IMG/VR virus record: IMGVR_UViG_3300005440_000008
Span: 40,034-104,033 of that record
Direction: 5' to 3' (one strand)
DNA: 64,000 bases
Origin: a virus
Taxonomy: Duplodnaviria > Caudoviricetes
Shown: positions 8,801 through 16,391 of the stretch, piece after piece
Numbering within the stretch: position 1 is the first letter of the stretch
Layout: the number at the start of each line of letters is the position of its first letter
Position numbers and translations under genes: made by a program
The notes under the pieces: model-generated
Database searches by the model: none
The model's input: only the letters and a program-made list of their open reading frames with translations
What the model was told of the DNA's origin: nothing

Positions 8801-11800
8801 GTAGTTCTTCTTGGTTCGCTCCTCCTCGGACTCCCAGAAGGGCCGCGACAGGTCCCGGACCTGAACGTAGTAGAGCGCCCACAAGGCGGCGTCGGCCTCG
8901 AGCGCCTGGGTCAGCGTGATGTTCCCGTCCTCGAGGTCCTTGGCGAAGCCGGCTGCGGCTTGGTCCCGCTTCTGCTGGAGGGCATCAAGCGCCGTCGTGA
9001 TGTCCGGCTGCCCGATCGCCGCCGCGTCCCGGCGGAGGGTCGTGATGCCGTCCGTGACGCGCTGCTGGGCCTCGAGGCTCTTCGCGCCCCACTCCGCGAC
9101 CATGGCGAGGGACTGCTTGAACATCGCCAGGTCGAGGTCCCCCCACTTGGCCGTCAGCGCCTCGCGGCCCATGAGGATCTGGTGGTTGGCGGTCTCGTGC
9201 TCCTTGGTCACCTTGGCGCGCATCTCGATCTCGTCCTTGCCTGCCTTGGAGGCGAGGAAGAGCCCGCGGCCGTAGGCCTTGTCCGCGATGCGCTGGCGCT
9301 CGTCAAACAGCGTCGCCTCGTTCGCGAGGAGCGCCATGTCGCGGGTCTGGTCGCTCAGGATCTCCGCCTTGGCCGCGCGCTCGAACTGCACCCGGAGGAG
9401 ATCGACGCGATTGGTGGCCAGGCGCGTCGAGCGCTCGAGCGCCGCCTCCTCGCGCTTCATCTGGGCCTCGGAGAACACGATGAGGTCGGTCTGTCGCGCG
9501 CCGAGCTGTCGCTTGAACGTCTCGTTGTCGAGCCCCTGCTGCTTGGCCATCTCGTCGCCGAGCGCGCGCTGCTGCGCGACCGCCTGCTCGCCCGTGGCCT
9601 TCTGGGTCGCGAGCGCCTGACGCCCCCGCTCGCGCAGGTAGTCGATGAGATCGAGCGGGACGACGAAGCCCAGGAGGAAGCGGGCCACCTTGGGGCCCGT
9701 GGTCTTGGCTTCCTCGAGGAGCCAGCTGAAGAGGCTCGTGATCTTTTCCTTGAAGAGGTCCTGGAGCTCGGCGGGGACCAGGCCCAAGAGGGCGCTGCCG
9801 AGGTCCATGGCGCCGGCCTTCACGGCCGCCCAGACCTGGCCGGCCACGGATCGAATCGACTGGAGCGCCGTCGTTGCCGACCCCGCGATGGCGGCCCACG
9901 CATCGCCGCCCACCGCCTTCAGACCTTCCCAGACCTCGAGCACGGTCTGCTTGAACGCCACAAAGGCCTTGGCGCCGGCCTCCGTGCGCGTGATGAGGAG
10001 GTAGAGGGCGGCCCCCGTCGCTGCCAGGCCGGCCACGAACAGAAGGATCGGGCCAGCCCCGATCGCGGCTAGCGTGGCGCCGAGCGCCTTCAGGAGCCCG
10101 CCCACGAGGCCCAGGCCCGGGATCCAGGCGCCGATCGCCCGGCTCCCGGTCAGGAAGGCCTCGACGAGCACCAGGACGGCCCGGGACCCCACGAGCTTGG
10201 CCAGGACGTCGGCGAGCCCCGTGAAGCCCGCCATGGCGCGGAAGACCAGGCCGGACAGCAGCGTGAGGCCGCCACCGATGGCGAGGAAGGACCCGGCGGC
10301 GGCCACCGCCACACCCCCGATGTCGAGCGCCAGCGGGAACTGCCGGGCCGTGTTCACGAAGGTCTGCATCGCGCTGATCGCGATCTTCATGGGGCCCAGG
10401 AACATGGTGCCGATCGTGATGCCCACGTCGGTGAGGCCGGCGAGGAGGATCTTGAACTGCTGCGCCGTCGTCGCGATGCGCTTGTTGAACTCCTCCGTCG
10501 TGGCCCCCCCGGTCCGGAACTGCGCCATGGCGAGCTGGGTCTGCTCCCGCAGCAGGCCGATGTCCTTGTTGAGCACGCCGGTCGCGTTCGCGGACGAGAG
10601 GAACGCGCGGCCCATGCGGGCGCCGTCGAGCCCCATGGCGTCGAGGATCACGGATGCCTGCTTGCCGCTCTTGCCCAGGCCCTCCACGAAGAGGATGAAG
10701 GCCTCGAGCGGGTCGGTGCTGAACAGGTGCTTGAAGTCCTCCGCCGTCTTGACGGCCTGGCTTCCGGTGAGCGCGGCCGTCTTCGCGAACACGTTCAGCA
10801 TGCCGCTGCCGGACTGCACCGCCTGGTGCATCTGCAGGAACATTTCCTGGACGGCGGTGCCGCCGGCCTCCGCCTGGATGCCCGTCGACGCGAACGCGGA
10901 GGAGAGCCCCATCAGCTGTGCCGACGTCAGGCCGATGACGCCGCCCGCGCCGGCGATGCGCTTCGTGAACTCGAGGATCTGGCCCTCGTTCGTCTTGGAC
11001 TTGTTGCCGAGCTCGACGAGGACGTCGCCCATCCGGTCGATGCTCTTGATGGGCTCGTTCAGGATGCCGGCGATCTGGGCGAAGCCGGTGGCGATCTCCT
11101 CGGTCGTGAGTCCGGTGGCCACGCCCACCTTGGCCACGGTCTCGGCGAACTTCGTGAGGTCCTCGACACCGCGCACGCCGAGCTGGCCGCCAATCTGCCC
11201 GATGCGGGCGAACTCGGTGGCCGCGATGCCGGTCTCCGTGGCCAGGCGACGGAAGCTCGTCGCGAGCTGCCCGAAGGCCTCCTCCGATTGCTGGGCCGAG
11301 AGGCCGGCGAACTCGACGGTCTTCCGGACGCCGGCGAACGCCTCCTCGAACTTGATCACGTCCCGGATGGCCAGCACGATGCCGCCGGTCAGGGCGGCGC
11401 CGACCGCGCCCACCGCGATCCCCACGGCCGTGAGCGACCGCCCGATCTGATACCACCGGCTGCTGAACTGCTCCGCCGCGGCCCCCGCCGCCGTGAGGGC
11501 CCCCACCCAGCGCTGCTGGAGGAGGGTCGCCTGCTCGCGGATCACCTCCTGCATTGGCCGGGCGGCCGACATGAACATCCCGATGCTCGACGCGTAGCCG
11601 CGCGCGCCGGCGACCATGCTCAGCGCGAGCTCCTGGTTCCGGCGCGTGAGCGCCTCGAAGCCCTCGGCGCCGCCGGCACGCTGGAACTGCGCGAGCGCCT
11701 GCCCGTAGCCGCTCGCGGCCTGCGTGTAGAGCTGCTGCACCTGGCCGAGCGACTGCTGGGTCAGGGCCTTCATGCGGCCCATGGCCTGCTCGTAGGGCGT

Positions 11801-11842
11801 GAGGTCCGCGCCGATGCGGACGTTCATCTCCCGGTCGGCCAT
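5870..11842 (-). CDS. Tail tape measure protein (TP901-like core)
   Basis: 1990 aa; FEEAFAGVRKT, GQLG, LGNKSKTNE, GIQAEAGGTA motifs; C-terminal YHEGG...EVPVLAEGGEIV. Confidence 0.95.
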   Translation of the reverse strand: MADREMNVRIGADLTPYEQAMGRMKALTQQSLGQVQQLYTQAASGYGQALAQFQRAGGAEGFEALTRRNQELALSMVAGARGYASSIGMFMSAARPMQEVIREQATLLQQRWVGALTAAGAAAEQFSSRWYQIGRSLTAVGIAVGAVGAALTGGIVLAIRDVIKFEEAFAGVRKTVEFAGLSAQQSEEAFGQLATSFRRLATETGIAATEFARIGQIGGQLGVRGVEDLTKFAETVAKVGVATGLTTEEIATGFAQIAGILNEPIKSIDRMGDVLVELGNKSKTNEGQILEFTKRIAGAGGVIGLTSAQLMGLSSAFASTGIQAEAGGTAVQEMFLQMHQAVQSGSGMLNVFAKTAALTGSQAVKTAEDFKHLFSTDPLEAFILFVEGLGKSGKQASVILDAMGLDGARMGRAFLSSANATGVLNKDIGLLREQTQLAMAQFRTGGATTEEFNKRIATTAQQFKILLAGLTDVGITIGTMFLGPMKIAISAMQTFVNTARQFPLALDIGGVAVAAAGSFLAIGGGLTLLSGLVFRAMAGFTGLADVLAKLVGSRAVLVLVEAFLTGSRAIGAWIPGLGLVGGLLKALGATLAAIGAGPILLFVAGLAATGAALYLLITRTEAGAKAFVAFKQTVLEVWEGLKAVGGDAWAAIAGSATTALQSIRSVAGQVWAAVKAGAMDLGSALLGLVPAELQDLFKEKITSLFSWLLEEAKTTGPKVARFLLGFVVPLDLIDYLRERGRQALATQKATGEQAVAQQRALGDEMAKQQGLDNETFKRQLGARQTDLIVFSEAQMKREEAALERSTRLATNRVDLLRVQFERAAKAEILSDQTRDMALLANEATLFDERQRIADKAYGRGLFLASKAGKDEIEMRAKVTKEHETANHQILMGREALTAKWGDLDLAMFKQSLAMVAEWGAKSLEAQQRVTDGITTLRRDAAAIGQPDITTALDALQQKRDQAAAGFAKDLEDGNITLTQALEADAALWALYYVQVRDLSRPFWESEEERTKKNYDALQRFLDDSLSRRRLSQEEYDAAIQRLTGKRFAAEESARQAEVQVTVDANLAKLKGWDDTERKRLAIEAGTIQKLQALREQDMDNAAAIAAERLKGFEDASIREIEIAAKTADAILRQRDRELNALRALNGMQKALAIQEAATYQQRAQFVGDYAGFVIGTVRLIGAEMDTVWEGIDRMLRGIASSMTRSLSDLFFNVITGETKSLMDVFKQLGQSMLRTITDFLASAAVKAFLGFLSNVLFGSSGGGGITIGGTGGSGGGFSVDGSTIGGAGGLLGGVLKVFGGGSNGSGAFVTPNTSAGGTIVGGNTGAPGIFDAAGNFSGTTGGFDWGGATLGGTSLDTSGFDFGNFDFGSVGAGIDYSGMTTVAMPLSAGADPTYGGVFGGDVPTGAGPWIGLNDTVTSSRMLDSAGGLFSGAAGAANVGGGLAGIYQGSQSGNPAGIGLGTLQAIRGISSLASTFPEQTSSGLSSLGFAGGAGTALTAVGGAAGALAGLYGIYQGIQTGGAIGAGQIAFGTLGAAAGTGALLSTGLLGGTAAVGTAGAAGFVPATGLAAAGGVISGVGITLAPIAAVGAIAFMNMLHKEQERVINQTQESAEIRRAFDEALPKLQLAAAVTAGLGEINAMAPDAQLRALQAAFPIMQAGIATISPISNLLSTGGTGGAASQIKELGPEVIATLQQQIAPLQVASVFGYMRVADALAARGVMLPAQPAGTNEDFLGLVRQLQQYAGLPAGFDPLDWVSSHSGLYDLIGPGNLERSALGLFGAMNPGFASSDAAVIGSALPQIALPAGTTQAALDAMAQGYGTARAGDLQARLAEFMAEDVYGRKQLVDYIVRQGDIGALMRIGMPGFAQAYMSAHGISTEDLFRVAPGLTDMTSGLGLYHEGGLVRGSGEVPVLAEGGEIVMNRRAAALHYDDLMAWNEGRDGSGTAITVNITIQGDAKDPRGLAEQVAREFDEILRRRNRRSFTAGDPRL

Positions 11843-12414
11843 CAGGCCACTCCGCGGCGCTGGCGGATCTGCGCCTCGAGCGCGCCGCGCATCTCGACGA
11901 GCGAGACCGAGACCATGCCGGCGGGCGCCTGCCGCGAGCTGCCGGCCTCGAGGTACACCATGTAGGCCACGTTGGTGCCGACAACCGCCTGGAACGGCCC
12001 CGGCGGCGTGATCGTTCGGAGCATCCCGTCGAAGCTCTGCCCGTGACTATCGGTGTACGTGTAGCTATCCGGCTGACCCGGCAGGACCACGTGCCAGGAG
12101 TTCCGGGCCCGCCCGGTGTCCACGGGCGTCCGCATCTGGATCCGTGCGAGCAGCTCGAGGCTGACCGTGACCACCGCGTCCTGCACGTCGCGCCCGAGGG
12201 CCTCGGCCCACCGGGCGAGCGTCTCGTTCAGCCCGTCGATATTGACCTCGACCCAGATCAGGCCGGAGGTGGACCGGGCGATGGCGGCGCCGGACCAGAG
12301 TCGAGCGGGCGCGCCGACCTTGATCCCGGGCACGGTCGCGAACGGGCGCGCGGCGGAGACGAAGCGCCCGCTGAAGGGCGATCGGCCCGCCGGCATCGAC
12401 ACGAGCGCGGGCAT
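11842..12414 (-). CDS. HK97 gp10-like tail-completion protein
   Basis: RTPVDTGRARNSW and VGTNVAYMVYLEAGSSRQAP motifs. Confidence 0.85.
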   Translation of the reverse strand: MPALVSMPAGRSPFSGRFVSAARPFATVPGIKVGAPARLWSGAAIARSTSGLIWVEVNIDGLNETLARWAEALGRDVQDAVVTVSLELLARIQMRTPVDTGRARNSWHVVLPGQPDSYTYTDSHGQSFDGMLRTITPPGPFQAVVGTNVAYMVYLEAGSSRQAPAGMVSVSLVEMRGALEAQIRQRRGVA

Positions 12415-12416
12415 GG

Positions 12417-12716
12417 TCAGCGGCGCCCCGCGGCCGCGCGCGCCTCGAACTCCTGCTGCTGCCGCCGGAGATTCGCGCGTGTCAGCCGCCACCGGTAGAA
12501 CGCGTCCATCTCTCTCCTGACGTCGGGCGGGACCAGCTGCGCCAGGGCGAATCCCTGGCGCGTGCCGTCCGCCGTGACGAGCTCGAGGCGCACCGTCCGG
12601 CCCTCCACCCAGTGGGGCGGCAGGCCCCACGCGAGGCACATCTCGAGAAAGAGGAACCGCTCGGTGAGGGTATCGGTTACTTCGCCCGACTCGATCCCGA
12701 GGGCGGAGTCAAAAAA
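12417..12716 (-). CDS. Tail assembly chaperone, -1 frameshift extension (gpT-like)
   Basis: A -1 shift at T TTT TTG enters an open frame FDSALGIESGEVTDTLTERFLFLEMCLAWGLPP... ending at 12417. Confidence 0.8.
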   Translation of the reverse strand, partial: FFDSALGIESGEVTDTLTERFLFLEMCLAWGLPPHWVEGRTVRLELVTADGTRQGFALAQLVPPDVRREMDAFYRWRLTRANLRRQQQEFEARAAAGRR

Positions 12717-13243
12717 CGCTCCCGCTCCTCCTCACTCCAGGCCGTGAGCTCCATGATCGTCTTCGCGAGCTCGGCGAAGTGGAGGCCCGACAGCCCGTTG
12801 GTCTCGAGCGCCGCGTAGAGCTCCTCGGAGGTGGTGGCGGGGCTGCCGTCGGGCTGCTGCAGCTTCGACGCCACGCCCCGCCCGACAACCTCGCGACGGA
12901 AGTCGAGCTGGTGCCGCTCCTCCTTCTCGAGGTAGTCGGGATCGCTGTAGTCGGGCATGATCACCCGCTGCCGTCCCTGCCCCTGGAGATTGAGGCGCCG
13001 GCCCTCGTCGCTGGTCGCGTCGATCATCAGGGTCTTGGCCGGCGGCCGCGGGGCCCGCCGGTTCAGCGTGTCGATCAGCTCCTGCGGGACCGAGACAACC
13101 TTGACCCGGATCGCGATCGTCTCGTCGCCCTGCTGGACCTTCAGATAGCAGTAGCCCCACGCGTCCAGCGCCTTGGTCGGGCCGCCCGGGAGGCTTGCGA
13201 CCTCCTCGATGTCCACGATCCGCACGTTTCGTTCGCTGCTCAT
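12677..13243 (-). CDS. Tail assembly chaperone (gpG-like)
   Basis: 188 aa between major tail protein and tape measure, with a slippery site near the 3' end. Confidence 0.8.
   Translation of the reverse strand: MSSERNVRIVDIEEVASLPGGPTKALDAWGYCYLKVQQGDETIAIRVKVVSVPQELIDTLNRRAPRPPAKTLMIDATSDEGRRLNLQGQGRQRVIMPDYSDPDYLEKEERHQLDFRREVVGRGVASKLQQPDGSPATTSEELYAALETNGLSGLHFAELAKTIMELTAWSEEERERFLTPPSGSSRAK
12710..12716 (-). other. -1 programmed frameshift slippery heptamer TTTTTTG
   Basis: X XXY YYZ in the correct phase (CGT TTT TTG); a rare T-run in GC-rich DNA. Confidence 0.8.
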
Positions 13244-13296
13244 CCGTCCGCTCCTGATATTCCCGGGGAGCGCCGACCGGAGACCGGCAGCGACGC

Positions 13297-13385
13297 CCTC
13301 AGTACGCCGTCACCAGCCCCCAACCGACACTCCCCGAGCTGAGGTGTGCATCCCTGTGGTGCGGTCCAGGCGCGACGGACTGAGG
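13297..13385. other. Predicted structured intergenic element
   Basis: CCTCAGT(13297-13303)/ACTGAGG(13379-13385) plus nested CCGTC/GACGG and ACCG/CGGT pairings. Confidence 0.4.
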
Positions 13386-13417
13386 CCGCAACGCGCCCGC
13401 GATCTGCTGCGCCGGCG

Positions 13418-14029
13418 TTAACTCTCGACGCCGGCGGTGAAGGCCGTGATGGGCGTGATGGATCCGTAGATCTCCCCGTTCAGGGCGACCATGACGCTGT
13501 CCACACCCTCCGTGAGCTGCTGGTTGGGCGGGAAGTAGACCTCGTTCCAGCGGATCCCCTTGTCCTGCGTGTTCTGCGGGTCCTCCCACAGGAGCTCGAC
13601 GTTCACGCAGTGCTTCTCCGAGTCGGAGAACGCGGGCGTGGTGAAGAGCACCTGGCCGAGCGGATCGTTGTTCTGGAGCTGGGTGGTGCCCTTCGATGAG
13701 ATCCACGCCCGCCCACCGATGTTCTTGGTCGCGGCCCCCCGCGGGGCTCGGATGATGGTCAGGATCTTCGAGAAGTTGGGCTCGGTGTTCATGAGCCGGA
13801 AGTTGCAGGTGAGGGACTCAGGATTCATCAGCGGGTCGTCCGGCGGCGACACGTAGTGGGCCGTCTCCGTCGCCCGCCCCCGGTCGAGGACGAGCACCTC
13901 GGGCGGCCGCGCGCGATCGACGGGCGCGACCACCGGCCCCCGGAACGGGACCTCGAAGAAGTAGGGCGTCGGGTTGCCCGAGTAGAACCGGAGCCGGCCG
14001 ACCTTGATGTAGAAGCTCGATGGGGGCAT
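13418..14029 (-). CDS. Major tail (tube) protein
   Basis: 203 aa, strong GAGGAGGT SD, positioned between tail terminator and chaperone. Confidence 0.7.
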   Translation of the reverse strand: MPPSSFYIKVGRLRFYSGNPTPYFFEVPFRGPVVAPVDRARPPEVLVLDRGRATETAHYVSPPDDPLMNPESLTCNFRLMNTEPNFSKILTIIRAPRGAATKNIGGRAWISSKGTTQLQNNDPLGQVLFTTPAFSDSEKHCVNVELLWEDPQNTQDKGIRWNEVYFPPNQQLTEGVDSVMVALNGEIYGSITPITAFTAGVES

Positions 14030-14079
14030 GGCGCACCTCCTCTAGTGGTCCGTGAGAAGTGAATGGCCTGCGTGGGGGT

Positions 14080-14598
14080 TCATCGACTCACCACCCACGT
14101 CTCCGCCCAGCGCAGGGCGAACGCTAAGTTGTGCTGCAGCACGTCCGGCCGATCCGGTGCCGCGACCGGCTGGTCCGCGAGGATCTCGTCTACGAATAGG
14201 TAGCCGATCGTCTCCGCCTCGCCGGCGTGGTCCTTCACGGCGATGCGCGTGCCGGGCATGAGCGGCGCGGCCGCCAGGTCCCGAATGGTCCAGAGGCGCA
14301 GATTGTTGGGCGGGCTCATCTTCGCGGGCCGGACGAAGCAGTTGACGTTCAGGAGCCAGAACATCTCGCCGCCGCGCGCGTCGGGATCCTGCTCCCCGCC
14401 GCGGCCGGCATACGGCCCGGCGAGCACGGCGGGCCGCACGGGCTCGAGGGCCCGGATCTGGAGCCACTCCGTAAGATCGCCGTCCTGGAACGGGATCCCG
14501 CCGCCGAAGTCGAGGCTGAACGCCGCAAGCTCGGCAGTAAGGTAGACCTGGAGCGAGCCCACCACGTTGGCCGTCTTCGCCGATTCGTGGAGCGGCAT
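14080..14598 (-). CDS. Tail terminator-like protein
   Basis: Start MPLHESAK (TGATG overlap); size and position upstream of the major tail protein. Confidence 0.55.
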   Translation of the reverse strand: MPLHESAKTANVVGSLQVYLTAELAAFSLDFGGGIPFQDGDLTEWLQIRALEPVRPAVLAGPYAGRGGEQDPDARGGEMFWLLNVNCFVRPAKMSPPNNLRLWTIRDLAAAPLMPGTRIAVKDHAGEAETIGYLFVDEILADQPVAAPDRPDVLQHNLAFALRWAETWVVSR

Positions 14599-14879
14599 CA
14601 GTTCGCGTCCTCGCGAACTTCCACGGTCACGTCGAGCTCGAGGATGTCGCCCTGCGCCGTGTTCACTCGGCACGAGACGAGGTAGTCCGTGCCGGCGGCG
14701 CCGCTGCTGATCTGGGCGCTCACCAGATTGCCCACGAGCGTCCCGGCGCTGATCGTGAGCCCGGTGGCGGCCGCCACGCTGGCGATTGTCGTCACGGAGT
14801 CGCCCGAGGCGAGTTTCTCCGTGAAGTCGAACGTGAGCGTCCGCTTCTCGGTCGGCTGCTTGCGCCGGGCTGGGATCAT
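14598..14879 (-). CDS. Small Ig-like fibre adaptor protein
   Basis: 93 aa, K.P.E...LTFDF...L..GD...SGAAGTDY.V.C.V.T..G pattern. Confidence 0.6.
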   Translation of the reverse strand: MIPARRKQPTEKRTLTFDFTEKLASGDSVTTIASVAAATGLTISAGTLVGNLVSAQISSGAAGTDYLVSCRVNTAQGDILELDVTVEVREDAN

Positions 14880-14882
14880 CGC

Positions 14883-15782
14883 TCATGGCCTCCGGTCGCC
14901 CGGCCACCGGCGTCCCGTCACCCGGAACCAGGTGGTGCCCATGACGCTTCGCCACGCTCGGCCGCGGATCCACTCGACGACGGGCGCCGGCAGAAGGGCG
15001 CCGGCTAGCTCGAGGCCGAGGGCGCCTGCGGAGCCGATCGTGCCGGCGAACCGGAGGAGCGCCACCCGGAGGAGCGTCCCCGCGGGCACCACTGTGCCGC
15101 TGAGCGCCTTGTGAACGACGCGCACGAGCGTCCCGGTCAGCACGATGGTCCCGGCCGCATTCACGACCCGCGTGGTCAAGGTCGTGAGCGCGCCCGCGAG
15201 GCTGACGGTGCCGGCCGGCCGGAGCTGGGGCACCTTGGCCACGCTGCCGCTCGAGGCGACCGTGCCGGCCATGGACCGGTTCACCTGGTTCGCGTCGCTG
15301 CCCGCCACGCCGACCGTGCCCCCGAGCCCCTTGTTCGCCTGCTTCACGAGCGTGCCCGTGGGCGCGATCGTGCCGCCGAAGAGCGTCGTGAGGAGGGTGC
15401 GGAGGCTGCCCGCGATCGCCACGCTGCCGCCGTGGAGGAGCTGCGGAACCCGCGTGAGGGCACCGGCCACCGGGACCGTGCCGGCGAGCGACGTGTTGAC
15501 CTGGCTCGACTCGGAGCCGCTCGAGGCGACCGTGCCGCTGAGGCCCTTGTTCACCTGTCGAATCAGCGCGCCACTCGGGGCGACGCTGCCGGCCTGGCTC
15601 AGGTTGGGACGACGGATCAGGGCGCCGGCGATCGCCACCACGCCGGCGTAGGTCGTCTGGGCCTGCTTGGTCAGGATGCCGGCCACCGTGATCGTGCCGC
15701 CGACGTCGAGCGTATAGACGGTCGCCCCGCCCAGCGCGGCGCCGGGGATGCCCATGACCGTCAGCCTGGTGATGTCCGCCAT
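14883..15782 (-). CDS. Fibre protein with 18-aa tandem repeats
   Basis: About 13-14 repeats such as VNKGLSGTVASSGSESSQ / VNTSLAGTVPVAGALTRV; Arg/Trp-rich C-terminus. Confidence 0.7.
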   Translation of the reverse strand: MADITRLTVMGIPGAALGGATVYTLDVGGTITVAGILTKQAQTTYAGVVAIAGALIRRPNLSQAGSVAPSGALIRQVNKGLSGTVASSGSESSQVNTSLAGTVPVAGALTRVPQLLHGGSVAIAGSLRTLLTTLFGGTIAPTGTLVKQANKGLGGTVGVAGSDANQVNRSMAGTVASSGSVAKVPQLRPAGTVSLAGALTTLTTRVVNAAGTIVLTGTLVRVVHKALSGTVVPAGTLLRVALLRFAGTIGSAGALGLELAGALLPAPVVEWIRGRAWRSVMGTTWFRVTGRRWPGDRRP

Positions 15783-15785
15783 GCG

Positions 15786-16391
15786 CTACACGATCACGAA
15801 GGTGTCCCCGTTCGACGGGGACTCGCCGGTCGGGGTCGCCGAGTAGGTGAGCCGCTTGCTGGACCCGAGATAGGCCGTGATCGACTGGGCGGAGTCCTTC
15901 AGGACCCCGGACGTCCAGAGGATCGCGCGTCCCTTGTAGTGGTCGTCGGTCGCCTCGGTCAGGTTCGTCGTCGCCTGGGTCGAGGAGAGTGTGCCGGTCA
16001 CGGCCGCGCCCTCCACGACGGTCCGGGCCGCGTTGGCGGGGACGCGGTTCTCGATCGAGAACTCCGCGACGACTTCGGCGACCGTCACGCCGTCCACCGT
16101 TTCATCCGGGTAGAGCACGACCTGGTAGTCGTGCCCGCTCGCGTAGAACCCGGCATCGGTGTTGTCCGCCAGGTCTATGGTCACGTGCGTGATGCCCGTC
16201 ATCGAATCGAAGGGCCCGGTGATCGTGAAGCCAGCCGTCGAAGACCGTTCGGTCGTGCCGTTGTCTTTGTAGACGCGCAGGTCAGCGGCTTCCCACGCAG
16301 ACGATTGATCGACGCGCCCGCCACCGAGCTTCCGCGTCGCGAACTTGAAATTGACCGCCGCGCCGACCCTGAAGTCTCCGCGATAGCTCAT
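15786..16391 (-). CDS. Putative virion structural protein
   Basis: 201 aa, beta-rich, ATGA coupled within the fibre module. Confidence 0.55.
   Translation of the reverse strand: MSYRGDFRVGAAVNFKFATRKLGGGRVDQSSAWEAADLRVYKDNGTTERSSTAGFTITGPFDSMTGITHVTIDLADNTDAGFYASGHDYQVVLYPDETVDGVTVAEVVAEFSIENRVPANAARTVVEGAAVTGTLSSTQATTNLTEATDDHYKGRAILWTSGVLKDSAQSITAYLGSSKRLTYSATPTGESPSNGDTFVIV

Noticed and set aside
9303-11984. 893-aa alternative-frame minus ORF inside the tape measure (similarly 31069..33162)
   Set aside because: Off-frame product of GC3 bias, low-complexity R/G/P composition
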